NCBI GenBank assembly: GCA_016699635.1
Contig: CP064983.1
Span: 1,980,048 to 2,044,047 of the forward strand
Reading direction: 5' to 3'
Length of the DNA: 64,000 nt
Source: Bacteroidota bacterium
GTDB taxonomy: Bacteria > Bacteroidota > Bacteroidia > AKYH767-A > OLB10
The position numbers and the translations under genes are program-made. Of this stretch, positions 20,324 to 32,087 are shown piece after piece. Position 1 is the stretch's first letter. The number at the start of each line of letters is the position of its first letter. Below the pieces are notes generated by a model. The model saw only the letters and a program-made list of their open reading frames with translations, did no database searches and was not told the origin of the DNA.

Positions 20324-21350
20324 ACGTTGTAAAATATTTTTAATGTATCGTCTTCAATGTTTGTGATTTCGGAAGGTGAAATTAAAAATACAGGTGCTTT
20401 TATTCCGCTGATTAATTGTTTAGTTGCAGTAAACACTCTTGCTTCATCCCATAAATTGCTTTGAATAAAGTATTGCAGTGTTTTTGCTCCGCCTTCAATT
20501 ATTACTGATTGGATGTTTTGCTGATATAATACTTTCAGAATTTGAGTTGCTGGATTTTCCTGAAAGTTTATTTTTATATAGTCAATGTTATTCGCTCTGT
20601 TTTCTTTTTCTGATTTATTAAAATTGTCTTTACAGAACCATCGAGCAAGTGATGTGTCGCGGGCACATCTAAGTTTTTATCAATGACAACTCTAATTGGA
20701 GTACTTCCTTTCCAAAGTCTGGGGTTCAATTGTGGGTTGTCTAAGATAGCTGTTTTTGTTCCTACCAATATAGCCTGCTCTTCTGTTCGCCATTTATGAG
20801 ATAATGTTTTGCTATAGGTGTTACTTATAGCGTATTGTTGCTGCGCATTTTCAGGTGCAATAAAGCCATCAGCACTTTCTGCCCATTTTAAAATGACATA
20901 AGGTCTTTGTTTTTCATGAAAAGTAAAAAACCTTCTGTTTAAAAAACGACATGCATCATTGAGCATTGGTGTAGCGACTTCAACATTATTTTGCTGAAGA
21001 TAACTTATGCCTTTGCCATTTACTTTTGCTGTAGTATCGAGGGTGCCAACAACAACTTTCTTAATTCCTTCCTGAACAATACGCTCACAGCAAGGTGACG
21101 TTTTGCCGTAATGCGAACATGGCTCTAATGAAACATAAAGCGTTGAAAGAGGAATAAGGTTTTTATTTTCTACACTGTTTATTGCATTGACTTCTGCATG
21201 TGCTTCTCCTGCGCGATGATGATAACCTTCACCAATAATTTTATTTTCAAAAACAAGAACACTGCCCACCATAGGATTAGGCATAGTTTGTCCTAAGGCC
21301 TTCTTGGCTAGTTCAAGACAACGATTCATTATTGTTTCGTCAAAGGTCAT
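20320..21350 (-). CDS. ribD: Riboflavin biosynthesis deaminase/reductase (frameshift ~20595)
   Basis: PNPMVG, HAEV, LYVSLEPCSHYGKTSPC, LKWAESADG. Shifted frame continues IQSVIIEGGAKTLQYFIQSNLWDEARVF to a TGA overlapping the next ATG. Confidence 0.92.
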
Positions 21351-21406
21351 AACCATTTGTTGCTGCAAAATTAAAATAAATGATGCGTTTATTTAGCTTT
21401 GCAACA

Positions 21407-22243
21407 ATGACAAGAAAGGAAGTTATTAATGTTTTTCAGACAGATGTTGAATTAATCTATGACAAAGGTGAAAGTAGCGCCATTACCAAGTTAGTTATGG
21501 AACATGTTTTCGGCTTAAACTACAAATCAAATACTCATGAAAATGTTAATGTGTCACAGGAAACCTTACTTCGTCAGTACCTGGAGCGTTTACGAAATTA
21601 CGAGCCAGTACAATATATTTTAGGTCAGGCATGGTTCTGTAATCATATCTATAAAGTTAACTCAAGCGTACTTATTCCACGACCGGAAACTGAAGAGTTA
21701 ATTCTGCTTATCAAGCAAAATCTGAAGTCATCACATATTGGGTCAATAATTGAAATAGGTACAGGCTCCGGTTGCATAGCTATTGAGTTGTCATTATTAT
21801 TTGCACAGGCAACAGTCATTGCAACAGATATTTCAGAAAATGCACTTGAAATGGCAAGAAAGAATGCTGAGAGTTTAAGAGCTTCTGTTTCATTCATCAA
21901 CGAATCTCTATTTGTGCCAAGCAGCAAAACGATTCAAACTAAAGTAGATTTAATTGTTTCTAATCCGCCTTACATTACGCAACAAGAAGCTACTCAAATG
22001 CATCCCAATGTATTGCAGTGGGAGCCTCATACAGCTTTATTTGTAAAGGAAAATCCGCTTGAATTTTATATTGCAATAGCATCTCTTGCAACGAATATAT
22101 TAAATGACAAAGGCTATGTTTTTTTAGAGCTTAATCCTGATTATGCATTTCAGGTAGCACAGTGTTTTACAGAGAAAGGGTTTACCCAAGTTGAAATAGT
22201 AAAAGATATTTCAGGTAAGGAACGTTTTTTAAAAGTACAGTGA
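21407..22243 (+). CDS. prmC: Release factor glutamine methyltransferase
   Basis: EPVQYILG, VLIPRPETEEL, EIGTGSGCIA, VSNPPY; TAGCTTTG promoter at 21394-21401. Confidence 0.93.
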   Translation: MTRKEVINVFQTDVELIYDKGESSAITKLVMEHVFGLNYKSNTHENVNVSQETLLRQYLERLRNYEPVQYILGQAWFCNHIYKVNSSVLIPRPETEELILLIKQNLKSSHIGSIIEIGTGSGCIAIELSLLFAQATVIATDISENALEMARKNAESLRASVSFINESLFVPSSKTIQTKVDLIVSNPPYITQQEATQMHPNVLQWEPHTALFVKENPLEFYIAIASLATNILNDKGYVFLELNPDYAFQVAQCFTEKGFTQVEIVKDISGKERFLKVQ

Positions 22244-22260
22244 TTAAGTAAAAAATAAAA

Positions 22261-25098
22261 TCAGACTTCCGCACTGACTTTATTGTGCCATTCCATTTCT
22301 TTTTTCAAAAAAGTTCCTGTAATGCTGTTGGCGTTTTTACTGATTTGTAATGGTGTGCCCTCTGCAACAATATTTCCACCTCTCATTCCTCCTTCAGGAC
22401 CAAGATCAATAATATAATCAGCAGCTTTAATAATATCCATGTTATGTTCAATAACTACAACGGTGTTGCCTTTGTCAACCAATTGCTGTAAAACCAAAAG
22501 TAAAATTCTTACATCTTCAAAATGCAGGCCTGTTGTTGGCTCATCAAGAATATAAAAAGTATTGCCTGTATCTTTTTTTGAAAGTTCCGATGCTAACTTC
22601 ACGCGTTGTGCTTCACCACCTGATAGGGTAGTTGATGATTGCCCTAATGTTATGTAACCTAAACCAACGTCTTGCAACGTTTTAATTTTATGCAAGATAG
22701 CGGGAATGTTGCTGAAAAAATCAACAGCTTCATTGATACTCAGATTCAATACATCGCTGATAGATTTACCACGATAACGAACTTCAAGTATTTCGCGTTT
22801 GTAGCGTTTGCCGTTGCAAGTCTCACAATGTACGTGCACATCAGGCAAAAAGTTCATCTGTATAATTTTCAAGCCAGCACCCAGACAAGTATCACACCGG
22901 CCACCACTAACGTTGAATGAAAAAACTCCCGGGGCATAACCTCTTATTTTTGCTTCGGGCAATTGTGAAAACAAATTTCTTATGTCAGTAAAAACTCCTG
23001 TGTATGTAGCAGGATTACTACGTGGTGTACGGCCAATTGGCGATTGGTCAATCTCAATAACTTTATCAATATGACTCAATCCATTTATTTTTTCATAAGG
23101 CAATGGTTTTTGCGTGCTGTTATAAAAATGTTTGTTCAATGCAGGATAAATAGTTTCATTAACCAAGGTTGACTTGCCGCTTCCTGAAACACCTGTAACG
23201 CAAATTAATGTTCCTAAAGGAAAAAGTGCAGTCACATTTTTTAGATTGTTTCCTTTAGCACCTGCAATGGTTAATTTTTTTCCATTGCCCTTTCTGTTTT
23301 TTGAAGAAGGCATCTTAATGCCACCACTCATATAATTTGCTGTGAGTGATTGCTGATACTTTAGCTCTTCAGGCTTACCTATTGCTACAATGTCACCACC
23401 GTTAATACCTGCACCGGGGCCAAGGTCAACAACATAATCGGCAGCTTCAATAGTTTCTCTGTCATGCTCAACAACGATGACGGTATTGCCGATATCGCGA
23501 AGGTCTTTCAATGCTTTTATCAGTCGTTCATTATCGCGCTGATGCAGTCCTATAGAAGGTTCGTCAAGAATATATAACACACCTACTAATTGCGAACCAA
23601 TTTGTGTAGCTAAACGAATACGCTGCGATTCACCACCGGACAAACTTCTTGTGCTACGGTTTAAGGTAATGTAATCAAGTCCTACATCAAGCAGAAAACC
23701 TAAACGCTTTACAATTTCTTTAAGTACTTCTGTAGCTATGATATTTTGTTTTTCACTCAGTGAAGCAGGTAGCTGTTGAAACCATTGCTGCAACTCACCA
23801 AGGTCCATCAAAGAAAGTTCAGATATATTTTTATTGTTGAGTTTAAATGCAAGTGATTCTTTTTTCAATCTTGTGCCTTCACATTCTGGGCAAATAATAG
23901 TTTGCATAAAATTCAACGCCCACTTTTTGATGGAGTAAGATGCATTTTCTTCCATCTGATTGACGATAAAGTTTACGATACCTTCAAAAGTAATTCCATG
24001 ACTGCTGCCCGGAGTTGCATTGAGTGAAACATCATCTGTGCCGTACAATATTATGTTCAGTGCTTCATGCGGAATATCATGAATTGGTGTGTTCAGGTTG
24101 AAGCCAAACCTTCTGCCAATGTATTCCAACTCACCAAATATCCAGTTGTTTTTATATTCACCTAAAGGCAAAATTCCACCTTTGCGGATTGATTTTTTAT
24201 TGTCGGGAATGATGGAAGCTAAATCTGCTTCTGGTATTGTGCCAAGTCCGTTGCAACGTGGACAGGCACCGTAAGGAGAGTTAAAAGAAAATGTGTTTGG
24301 TGCAGGTTCATCATAAGAGATTCCTGAAGTAGGACACATCAGATTACGACTGAAAAAGCGAACTCTTTTTTGATCATCAGCAATAATCATCAATGTATTC
24401 TTGCCAAAACGCATGGCAGTTTTTACGGTGTCATAAAGTCTTTTTGATGCCGTTTCGTTAATTTCAATTTTGTCCACTACAATTTCAATGTCATGAGTTT
24501 TGTAGCGGTCGGTTTGCATACCTTTTTTTATCTCAGTAATCACACCATCAATTCGCACACGGATAAAACCTGATACTCTTATTTGTTCAAACAGTTCGCG
24601 GTAATGTCCTTTACGTGCTTTGACAACAGGAGCAAGCACAACAATATTTTTCTTGTCAAAATCACGAAGAATTATTTCTACAATCTGATCATCACTCAGT
24701 CTCACCATTTTTTCACCCGTCATGTAGGAGAAAGCTTCACCGGCACGTGCAAAAAGCAAACGCATGAAATCATAAATTTCAGTAACCGTTCCTACTGTTG
24801 AGCGCGGATTCTGATTGGTAGTTTTTTGTTCAATGCTGATAACAGGAGAGAGGCCGTTTATTTTATCTACATCAGGGCGTTCCAGGCTGCCAAGAAATTG
24901 TCTTGCATAGGCACTGAAACTTTCCATATAGCGTCTTTGTCCTTCAGCGTAAATAGTGTCGAATGCCAATGACGACTTACCACTGCCGCTGAGTCCTGTA
25001 AAGACAATCAGTTTTTCGCGCGGTAAAACGAGGTCTATATTTTTGAGATTATGTTCCCTTGCTCCGTAAATTTCAATGCTCTCGTGCTCTGTTTGCAT
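22261..25098 (-). CDS. uvrA: Excinuclease ABC subunit A
   Basis: GAREHNLKNID, two ABC cassettes (GLSGSGKS, GVSGSGKS), LSGGE, Zn-finger CxxC motifs. Confidence 0.98.
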   Translation of the reverse strand: MQTEHESIEIYGAREHNLKNIDLVLPREKLIVFTGLSGSGKSSLAFDTIYAEGQRRYMESFSAYARQFLGSLERPDVDKINGLSPVISIEQKTTNQNPRSTVGTVTEIYDFMRLLFARAGEAFSYMTGEKMVRLSDDQIVEIILRDFDKKNIVVLAPVVKARKGHYRELFEQIRVSGFIRVRIDGVITEIKKGMQTDRYKTHDIEIVVDKIEINETASKRLYDTVKTAMRFGKNTLMIIADDQKRVRFFSRNLMCPTSGISYDEPAPNTFSFNSPYGACPRCNGLGTIPEADLASIIPDNKKSIRKGGILPLGEYKNNWIFGELEYIGRRFGFNLNTPIHDIPHEALNIILYGTDDVSLNATPGSSHGITFEGIVNFIVNQMEENASYSIKKWALNFMQTIICPECEGTRLKKESLAFKLNNKNISELSLMDLGELQQWFQQLPASLSEKQNIIATEVLKEIVKRLGFLLDVGLDYITLNRSTRSLSGGESQRIRLATQIGSQLVGVLYILDEPSIGLHQRDNERLIKALKDLRDIGNTVIVVEHDRETIEAADYVVDLGPGAGINGGDIVAIGKPEELKYQQSLTANYMSGGIKMPSSKNRKGNGKKLTIAGAKGNNLKNVTALFPLGTLICVTGVSGSGKSTLVNETIYPALNKHFYNSTQKPLPYEKINGLSHIDKVIEIDQSPIGRTPRSNPATYTGVFTDIRNLFSQLPEAKIRGYAPGVFSFNVSGGRCDTCLGAGLKIIQMNFLPDVHVHCETCNGKRYKREILEVRYRGKSISDVLNLSINEAVDFFSNIPAILHKIKTLQDVGLGYITLGQSSTTLSGGEAQRVKLASELSKKDTGNTFYILDEPTTGLHFEDVRILLLVLQQLVDKGNTVVVIEHNMDIIKAADYIIDLGPEGGMRGGNIVAEGTPLQISKNANSITGTFLKKEMEWHNKVSAEV

Positions 25099-25223
25099 AT
25101 AGTAATAACCTGCAAAATTAACTTATTGCAGCCTCTTATTTGGATTTGTTAATAAAAATGAAGGCGCTGTTTTTCTTGATGCTAAATCGTCAGCATAAAT
25201 TCATTGTAAGAAAATCTGACAGT

Positions 25224-25742
25224 TTAGAAAAACTTGTTGAGTGATGAACCTTGCTTGAAAAAATAAAATAACAACAACGGCAGTCCGATATTAAGATTTA
25301 TCAGATACAGCAACTCACTGTTATGCGTAAGCTTCCAGAACCTTGCAATATATTGTGTAGGAAACCATTCTTCAACATGAAAAACCGGAACAAAACCTTC
25401 CTGCTGTGTAAAACCAACACGCTCTACATGGCCGGACAAGACAAAGTCGTATGAAAACATGAGTGCACTCTTTGACTTCTTAAAAGGTGAACTTCCTACG
25501 AGAAGAGCAACATCTTTTCGTAATTCGGGATACATTTTTTTTAAGCTATCAGGGATAATTAACTCACCTTTTTTAATGATAATATCGGCACATTCCGGTT
25601 CGCAAAATTGCTGTGTTGCTAAAATAGTATTAGGCTCGCTATCTTGGCGATATGCTTTAGGCTTTTTCAATGGCAGCAACCAATATCCGGTAAATACTAC
25701 CCATATTAAAACCAATAATTTCAAACCCCAAATCCTCATCAC
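25224..25742 (-). CDS. Hypothetical membrane protein
   Basis: 172-aa ORF with N- and C-terminal hydrophobic helices, co-oriented in operon. Confidence 0.6.
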   Translation of the reverse strand: MMRIWGLKLLVLIWVVFTGYWLLPLKKPKAYRQDSEPNTILATQQFCEPECADIIIKKGELIIPDSLKKMYPELRKDVALLVGSSPFKKSKSALMFSYDFVLSGHVERVGFTQQEGFVPVFHVEEWFPTQYIARFWKLTHNSELLYLINLNIGLPLLLFYFFKQGSSLNKFF

Positions 25743-25752
25743 TGCAAAAATA

Positions 25753-27822
25753 CTAAAACTGATACCTTACCTGTAACTTTATTTCACTTCTTTTATTATT
25801 ATTTATTTCATCAAGCCCTGAGCCAAATGTTTTTTGATTGGTGTAAACAGTCTGTGCAAAACGGAACCAAACATCTACACCTTTGGTAACTTTATAGCGA
25901 AGTGTTACATAATACCGAAACCCACGGTTATAGAATGATGGAATAGAATAAGAATAGAGAATGTCGTTTTCAAAAGCATAAATCCTCGAATCGTAGCTGT
26001 CTGTATCAAATAATCCATAGCGCACAGAGCCTGAAATAGGCGAGCTAAGCGGTTTAAATAAAATATCCTGATAAATCATAAATCCTTTTTCATTGGGCTT
26101 TTCTTCATAATTAATTCTGACCCATTCAATACGATTTCTGATAGCAACAGCTTTAGAAATTTTGTAAGTAAGGTTGAAACGATAGTTATCCTGCCTTTTA
26201 AACACAAGATAATCTGCAACTGCTGCTGCACTGCTGTTTTCTTCTTTTTGTGTGCGCCTGTTTCGGAAATAAATTTCAAATTGCCTTGACGGATTCCATG
26301 ACACCTGCCATAAATATTCATAACCTTTAGAAGGTGCATCGGCACCAAAACGGAGCCATGGAAATGTAAAACGATCTAAATACCCATTAAAACCCCAGTA
26401 GCGATTTGGTCTGATTACAATACCTGCATAAGTTCCTTTTTCATTCCTTGTAGTACTTGATTCACCAAATCCGCTTGCATAGAGAAAATTAAAGTCACGA
26501 GGATAGTTTCTGTTCACTACAGAAACACTAACGGTGGTTCCTAAACTGATGATGGCACCATTAACATAAGCAATTGCACCATTATCACTTCTTGAAAATT
26601 CTCCGAAGAAATTGATGTTGCGATACAACCAACTGTAGTCAATGCCCACTTTGGTAAATTGTTTTCCACTGAAGTCAAAACGATTGTAAAGTTGAAACGA
26701 GCGTTGCAAAGGTCTGTCGTAACCTGCATGAACTGCTGTTAATCCTGCTGTGAAATTACGTGTATTGTAACCTGCATTGACACCATACATTTGTTCGCGA
26801 ATGGTATTTTTGTTTTCAAGTTCGCTTTTGGTGCGATGATAGCCTGATTCGATAAACGAAGTAAAAATATCTTGTTGCTCAAGCGTGGTATCTAAAATGC
26901 TATTCAGGTTTGCATCTAATTTTCTGTTACTATAAAAAGCATCGGCATTCCAATTTCGTTTACCAACAGAAACTGCTACACCTCTTTTAAAACTGGATTC
27001 GTTTAGAGAAGTATAAGGCCTAATACCTGTAGAAAATTTACGTACAGCAGCAACATCGGGCGACTTACCGAATGACAAACCTGTACATAATGTTAATCCT
27101 TGCCCATAAAATAAATCATAATCACCAATAACAGCACGTTTTATAATTCCGAAATCACGAATAGCTAAATGTGCAGAGTAATAATCAAAACCATTTCTTT
27201 GTGAGCCTTTAAAAAATTCTTCTCCCTGATCTTTTTCTGCTGTTAAATTAAAACTGAATCTTTGTTTGTAGCGATACTGATATTGTGTATAAAGTTTCCA
27301 TGGGCTGCCGGGATAGGCAGGATGAACTTTGTCTGTTGCTGTGCTGTCGCGAAAGCCTTTTTGTTTTTCGAGATAACGTTGGCCACGAACAATAAGTCTG
27401 CTGTTGCCATCAGTAAATATTTTTTTTAAGGTTGCTTTTATGTCTTCTGTATTTCCAACTGTCACATAAGGTAAAATTTCTTCAATGTCTTCTAACGAAA
27501 GAAAGTCTATTGCCTGAAGTTCGTAAAGCGAAATAAATTTTCCTGAAATTTCACGGTGTTCAATAATAGCATCTGCCTGCACTTCGCTAAACAATCCCGT
27601 CTGCAACAAATCTTCACGTGTAGCTTTATTCAGATTTATTGGGTTGGCAGCTAATTGCTGAAGTTGCTCTGTCAGTTCAGTCAGGTCAGCAGACTCATCT
27701 GCTGTATTGGCAATGTTTTCAACTTTCTCTTCAATCTTACTGTCATCTTGTGGTGGCACCACCTGTGCAAGTGTAATGTTGCAGAATAATACTGAAATAA
27801 AAAACAGTTGAATTGTTTTCAT
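25753..27822 (-). CDS. Helix-hairpin-helix (ComEA-like) domain outer-membrane beta-barrel protein
   Basis: Signal peptide; PINLNKATREDL…II.HRE..G.F.S..EL..I ComEA-like HhH; beta-strand-rich body; C-terminal VRYQF. Confidence 0.75.
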   Translation of the reverse strand: MKTIQLFFISVLFCNITLAQVVPPQDDSKIEEKVENIANTADESADLTELTEQLQQLAANPINLNKATREDLLQTGLFSEVQADAIIEHREISGKFISLYELQAIDFLSLEDIEEILPYVTVGNTEDIKATLKKIFTDGNSRLIVRGQRYLEKQKGFRDSTATDKVHPAYPGSPWKLYTQYQYRYKQRFSFNLTAEKDQGEEFFKGSQRNGFDYYSAHLAIRDFGIIKRAVIGDYDLFYGQGLTLCTGLSFGKSPDVAAVRKFSTGIRPYTSLNESSFKRGVAVSVGKRNWNADAFYSNRKLDANLNSILDTTLEQQDIFTSFIESGYHRTKSELENKNTIREQMYGVNAGYNTRNFTAGLTAVHAGYDRPLQRSFQLYNRFDFSGKQFTKVGIDYSWLYRNINFFGEFSRSDNGAIAYVNGAIISLGTTVSVSVVNRNYPRDFNFLYASGFGESSTTRNEKGTYAGIVIRPNRYWGFNGYLDRFTFPWLRFGADAPSKGYEYLWQVSWNPSRQFEIYFRNRRTQKEENSSAAAVADYLVFKRQDNYRFNLTYKISKAVAIRNRIEWVRINYEEKPNEKGFMIYQDILFKPLSSPISGSVRYGLFDTDSYDSRIYAFENDILYSYSIPSFYNRGFRYYVTLRYKVTKGVDVWFRFAQTVYTNQKTFGSGLDEINNNKRSEIKLQVRYQF

Positions 27823-27824
27823 AA

Positions 27825-28637
27825 TTAAAAAGCATAACGCAAAGCCAACCCCGGACTGTAACCTAAAGGTTCAAAATAACCTGAAGTAAAGTCAGCATAA
27901 AATTGTGAAAATTTTAATCCGAAACCAAATGTAAGCTGAACTGGTTCTGTACTCACGCCACCACGAACATACAATGCCTTAACAGGATGATATTCCAGTG
28001 CAATTTTATAAGTTTCTTTTCTGTCAATTGATTTAAAAATTTCTGCTGCTGCCAGAACTTTTTCGGAAAAGGAATAGCTGATACCTGCCTTGATGATTAC
28101 AGGAATTCGCTCATCATCATAATCGGTAAGTTTTACATGCAGTGGATTAAAAATGTGTACACCTGCTTTTAGTTTGTTAAACTCTGCAAGCACACCACCT
28201 TCAATGGTGAAGGATGATTTGTTTCCATAACCTTCGTCAATGTGCGTGTTAAGATAATCAACCTGAACACCGGCACTGAAAACAGGACTTAGTTTTTTTG
28301 CAAAAGCAAGGCCGATTTTATTCTGATTAAAAAGTTTGTATCCATAACGGTTTACACTCAATGCAAACACACCTTTGTTAGATGCTAGAGGCAAAGCAAA
28401 AGCCGCAGATAATGTGTTGAGTTCTTTCATGCCAAAGCGGTTTTGAATAGCCAAGCCTGCTTCAGGTTTTTCTAACATTGACAGACAAGCCTGATTGTTG
28501 AATGCAGCGAATACATCATTAAAAGTAACAGCAGCATCGCTCATTGCAGAGGCGCGTGCACCTCCTGATGTAAGATAGGTTTGAGCAGATACACTGCTGA
28601 AACAGAAAAGAAGAATGGCCAGTATTGTTGGCTTCAT
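27825..28637 (-). CDS. PorV/PorQ-like outer-membrane barrel protein
   Basis: Signal peptide, GGARASAMSDA…FNNQACL start, amphipathic strands, terminal LRYAF. Confidence 0.55.
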   Translation of the reverse strand: MKPTILAILLFCFSSVSAQTYLTSGGARASAMSDAAVTFNDVFAAFNNQACLSMLEKPEAGLAIQNRFGMKELNTLSAAFALPLASNKGVFALSVNRYGYKLFNQNKIGLAFAKKLSPVFSAGVQVDYLNTHIDEGYGNKSSFTIEGGVLAEFNKLKAGVHIFNPLHVKLTDYDDERIPVIIKAGISYSFSEKVLAAAEIFKSIDRKETYKIALEYHPVKALYVRGGVSTEPVQLTFGFGLKFSQFYADFTSGYFEPLGYSPGLALRYAF

Positions 28638-28868
28638 AAGCATGTTTTGACGAACTCAAACATAGGGCAAATAAAATTATAATGCAACTAAAAATATTTC
28701 AATGAGTAAATTTTTGTCACATTTGACTTTATTACTATTTGTATTAAGTTTATTCAGTTATCGGAAACAGGAAAGGAACCACCTTCATAAGGGAGTATGA
28801 AAAATTTGTTGTAATACATATTGTTTTTGTACATATAATGGTGTAATTTTGAAAATCAGTTATCCTTT

Positions 28869-29678
28869 ATGAAGACTATTACTTATTGTTTTGCCATCAT
28901 TGTTTTTTCCTGTAACATGACATTTGCACAAAATTGTGATTTGTTATGTGATGGTGATTTTGAAAATCCAACTGTTATTTCATCACCACACCTTGTCAAT
29001 TATAAGACAATTGAATGTTGGAAAACTACTGCAAGTGACAGTATCTTGGAGTTTTGGGATCTCGGATTTAATGGTGTGCCTTCATTTTCCGGTAATCAAT
29101 TTTTAGAAATAAATGCAAATGAGGTTGCCAGTATTTATCAGGATGTTTATTTAACAGCAGGAGATGTAATAACATTGCATTTTGCACATCGTGCTCGTGT
29201 CGGCATTGATACACTTGGGGTTTCAGTTTCTTTTCAAAATAATACACCTGTAATTTTAGGATATTATGCAGACGATGATTTAGTATGGGGCTATTATACA
29301 GAACAATATACTGTACCTGCTACAGGACAATATAGAATCAGTTTTATATCAGTCTCTAATTTTTATAATGTACCAACTTTAGGAAATTTTATAGATGCAG
29401 TTGAGGTTTGTTTATCACCTGTTGGATTTGCTGAAGTTAATTTACAAGAAACATTTTTAATTTCTTCCCAAAAGAGCACATTGAAAATAGACTTTACATC
29501 TCAATTAAAAGGAGAAGGCATTTTAACAGTATTTGATTTGCAGGGGAAAGAAGTATTTAGAATTTCAGTAGATAATTCAAGAAAGCAAATTGCCACAGCT
29601 CCATTGAATAGTGGAATTTATACTGTTCAATTGATTCAGGGGAGATCAATAACAGCTAAAAAAGTTTTGATTAATTAA
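28869..29678 (+). CDS. Small T9SS cargo protein with carbohydrate-binding-like jelly-roll domain
   Basis: Signal peptide; DGDFENP…WKT…EFW…GNQFLEIN…IYQD; CTD-like tail (TVFDLQGK…LNSGIYTVQL…KKVLIN); TAATTTTG just upstream. Confidence 0.65.
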   Translation: MKTITYCFAIIVFSCNMTFAQNCDLLCDGDFENPTVISSPHLVNYKTIECWKTTASDSILEFWDLGFNGVPSFSGNQFLEINANEVASIYQDVYLTAGDVITLHFAHRARVGIDTLGVSVSFQNNTPVILGYYADDDLVWGYYTEQYTVPATGQYRISFISVSNFYNVPTLGNFIDAVEVCLSPVGFAEVNLQETFLISSQKSTLKIDFTSQLKGEGILTVFDLQGKEVFRISVDNSRKQIATAPLNSGIYTVQLIQGRSITAKKVLIN

Positions 29679-30405
29679 CGAGGTTTTTCTGCAACTATAA
29701 TTACAGAACCTGCAATTTCTTTAGCAATAGGTATTTTTTCAACTACCTGACCAATACCACTCACCAATGAAATTAAAAATGATGGCACTACAGGATGTAA
29801 AAAATCATAAGGAAAAATATTAATCTGATTAAATCCTTTTTGTTCAAGCAACTTACTAAAGTTCCATCGGTTGATAGCAGTTTCATCCGGTGAATCACCA
29901 AGCCATTTTTTAATGAATGGAATATTTTTCTGAACAAAAATCTGCGGATTAATCATGTTAGGCTCAAGAAACCATACAGTAGCCCGGTTTTAATACTCTT
30001 AAAATTTCATTCAGCGATCGTTCAAATTCTAAGTGATGTAATACTGAACTTCCGAATACTACATCAAATGTATTTGCATCAAATTGTAGTTTCATGGCAT
30101 CTGCCAACACAAACTCTACTGCGGGATATTTCTCTTTTGCAACATTTAGTAATTCAGGTGAAAGGTCAGTTGCAATAATTTTAGCACCTGTACGCTGATA
30201 AAATTTGCCTGAAAAAAGTCCTGTTCCACAACCTATTTCTAATACTGTGCTGCTTTTTATCTGCGAGTGAATATTTGGCTATTAAATCTGCACGTCTGTC
30301 AGCTCTAACCTTTCCCGCAGGACTGTCCCAGTTCCATATTGCTTCTGCACCACCCTCAAGTAGTTTTTTGCCGTGTTCTAATTCGTTTGAAATTCTATCA
30401 CTCAT
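29675..30405 (-). CDS. Class I SAM-dependent methyltransferase (frameshifts ~30250 and ~29975)
   Basis: Joined reading gives VLEIGCGTG, IIATDLS, ADAMKL, FDVVFGSSVLHHL, EPNMINPQI. Confidence 0.8.
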
Positions 30406-32073
30406 CAATATTTTATTTCATATAGGTAAGAAGGCTCACCTAGTTCCAACCTGCTTCACTAATTTTAATTTATCAGGATATTTTTGTCCAACAGGCCCCA
30501 TCATTCTATGCAATGTGTTGATGACATAGCCGTCATTCTTTTTTGGATTTCGCCTTAAACTTGCAATTAACACATGCGTTACTTTATTTTCTTTTAACAA
30601 TGCAAGAACAGAGTCAGGGTCAGTGCTTGGTACTGTATATATCGGATAAAATGATTTGCCTTTGGAATAGATAAATGACATAGGTGCTTTTCGTGAAACA
30701 ACATAAGCAGATTCAGGGAGACTGTCACCGCAATAACGACTTAATTTTAAAAAGTTTGTCCAATCTTCGGTATATCCGTAATAAATATCACCACCCATAT
30801 TCTTTTTTAATATCGGTAAATTGGTTACAGACTTATCAACAGTTTTCATCAGACTACTCATTATTATAATGATACTAACAATAAGAAAAATTGAACTGCG
30901 TAGTGCGGGAGTGTTTTGAAAAGCATAGTATAGTCCATAAAAAATAATCATCAGAATAAATGGCACGTAAACTAAAACCATTCTTGGTTGATCCCATGAG
31001 GTTTGTAAAACAAAGAAGGTCAATCCTGCCATCAACAATACATACAGAAATGTAAATTGCATGATTTTGTTTTTATTCTTGAAAATGAAATACAAACCAA
31101 TGCCAACAAAAACAAATGTAATCAACACTAGACCTGCATTGGTTTTGGTATTGTCCGGTGAAACAAATCCCAAAATCTGATAAAGCCTTTTACCAATATA
31201 AATACTTGTATTAGAAAAAAGTCTGTCAACAAATCCGCCAAAATCATCTACCCCTTTTGATGCATTGTAAGGGTCTTTCTGAATTAAAATCTGATACTGA
31301 TTACTGAATTGATTTTGTGAACCCCAGATAAATGATTTAATAACTTCAAAAATGCCACGCACTACAACAAAAGAACCAAAGGCATAAGCTAATTTTTTAA
31401 AATCGCGATTGAGGACAAAATATAATGCTACTGCAGCAATTGCACCTACAGTTATATTTTTTGTTAGTGACAACAAAGTAAGAATAATTCCAAAAACCAA
31501 ATATTTAGCAATGGGTATGTTATCTTCTTTAGAGGCACTAAGAATAGGCCGTATAACAATAAATAGCAATGCTTGTAAAAAGCAAAAGAAAGCCTCGGAG
31601 TAGGTTTGGCTGGCAAAGTATAAGAAGTAGCTATTAATTCCGGTAAAAATTAAAACTGCAAACAATATAGTGTAAGGTATTAGTTTGCGAAATGCATAAT
31701 ACATTGCAGTTAAATTCAACAAACTAAATAAAATAGAAAGTGATTTGAGAATAGGTAAGTTAATACCCCAAATGCCAACCGGCAAGCTTAAAAAAATCGG
31801 GTAGAGTGGCGCTTTAGTACTGTAATAACTACTAAAATCTTTGGTAAGCTTAAATGCACCTTCAATATAATCAGAGTCGTCATTTCCTTCACTCATCTTT
31901 ATGTCGAAGAGTAAAACTGAAAAAATCAATGATACAAGCAATAATGAAAAAAATATTATAGTTTCATTTTTCTGTAAAAAATTCTCAAGTTTTATTAAAG
32001 TAGTTTCTCTTGATGGTTTATTGACAGTTTTGGTGCTACTTTTTTTAGCAACAACTTCTTTGTTTTTTTTCAT
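30405..32073 (-). CDS. GT-C-fold (ArnT/PMT-like) membrane glycosyltransferase (last codons frameshifted ~30440)
   Basis: NDDSDYI after first TM, TKAPLYPIFL, SEAFF, many TM helices, periplasmic C-domain. Corrected end EPSYLYEIKY-TGA overlaps the next ATG. Confidence 0.65.
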
Positions 32074-32087
32074 TTCAATGAAAGTTA

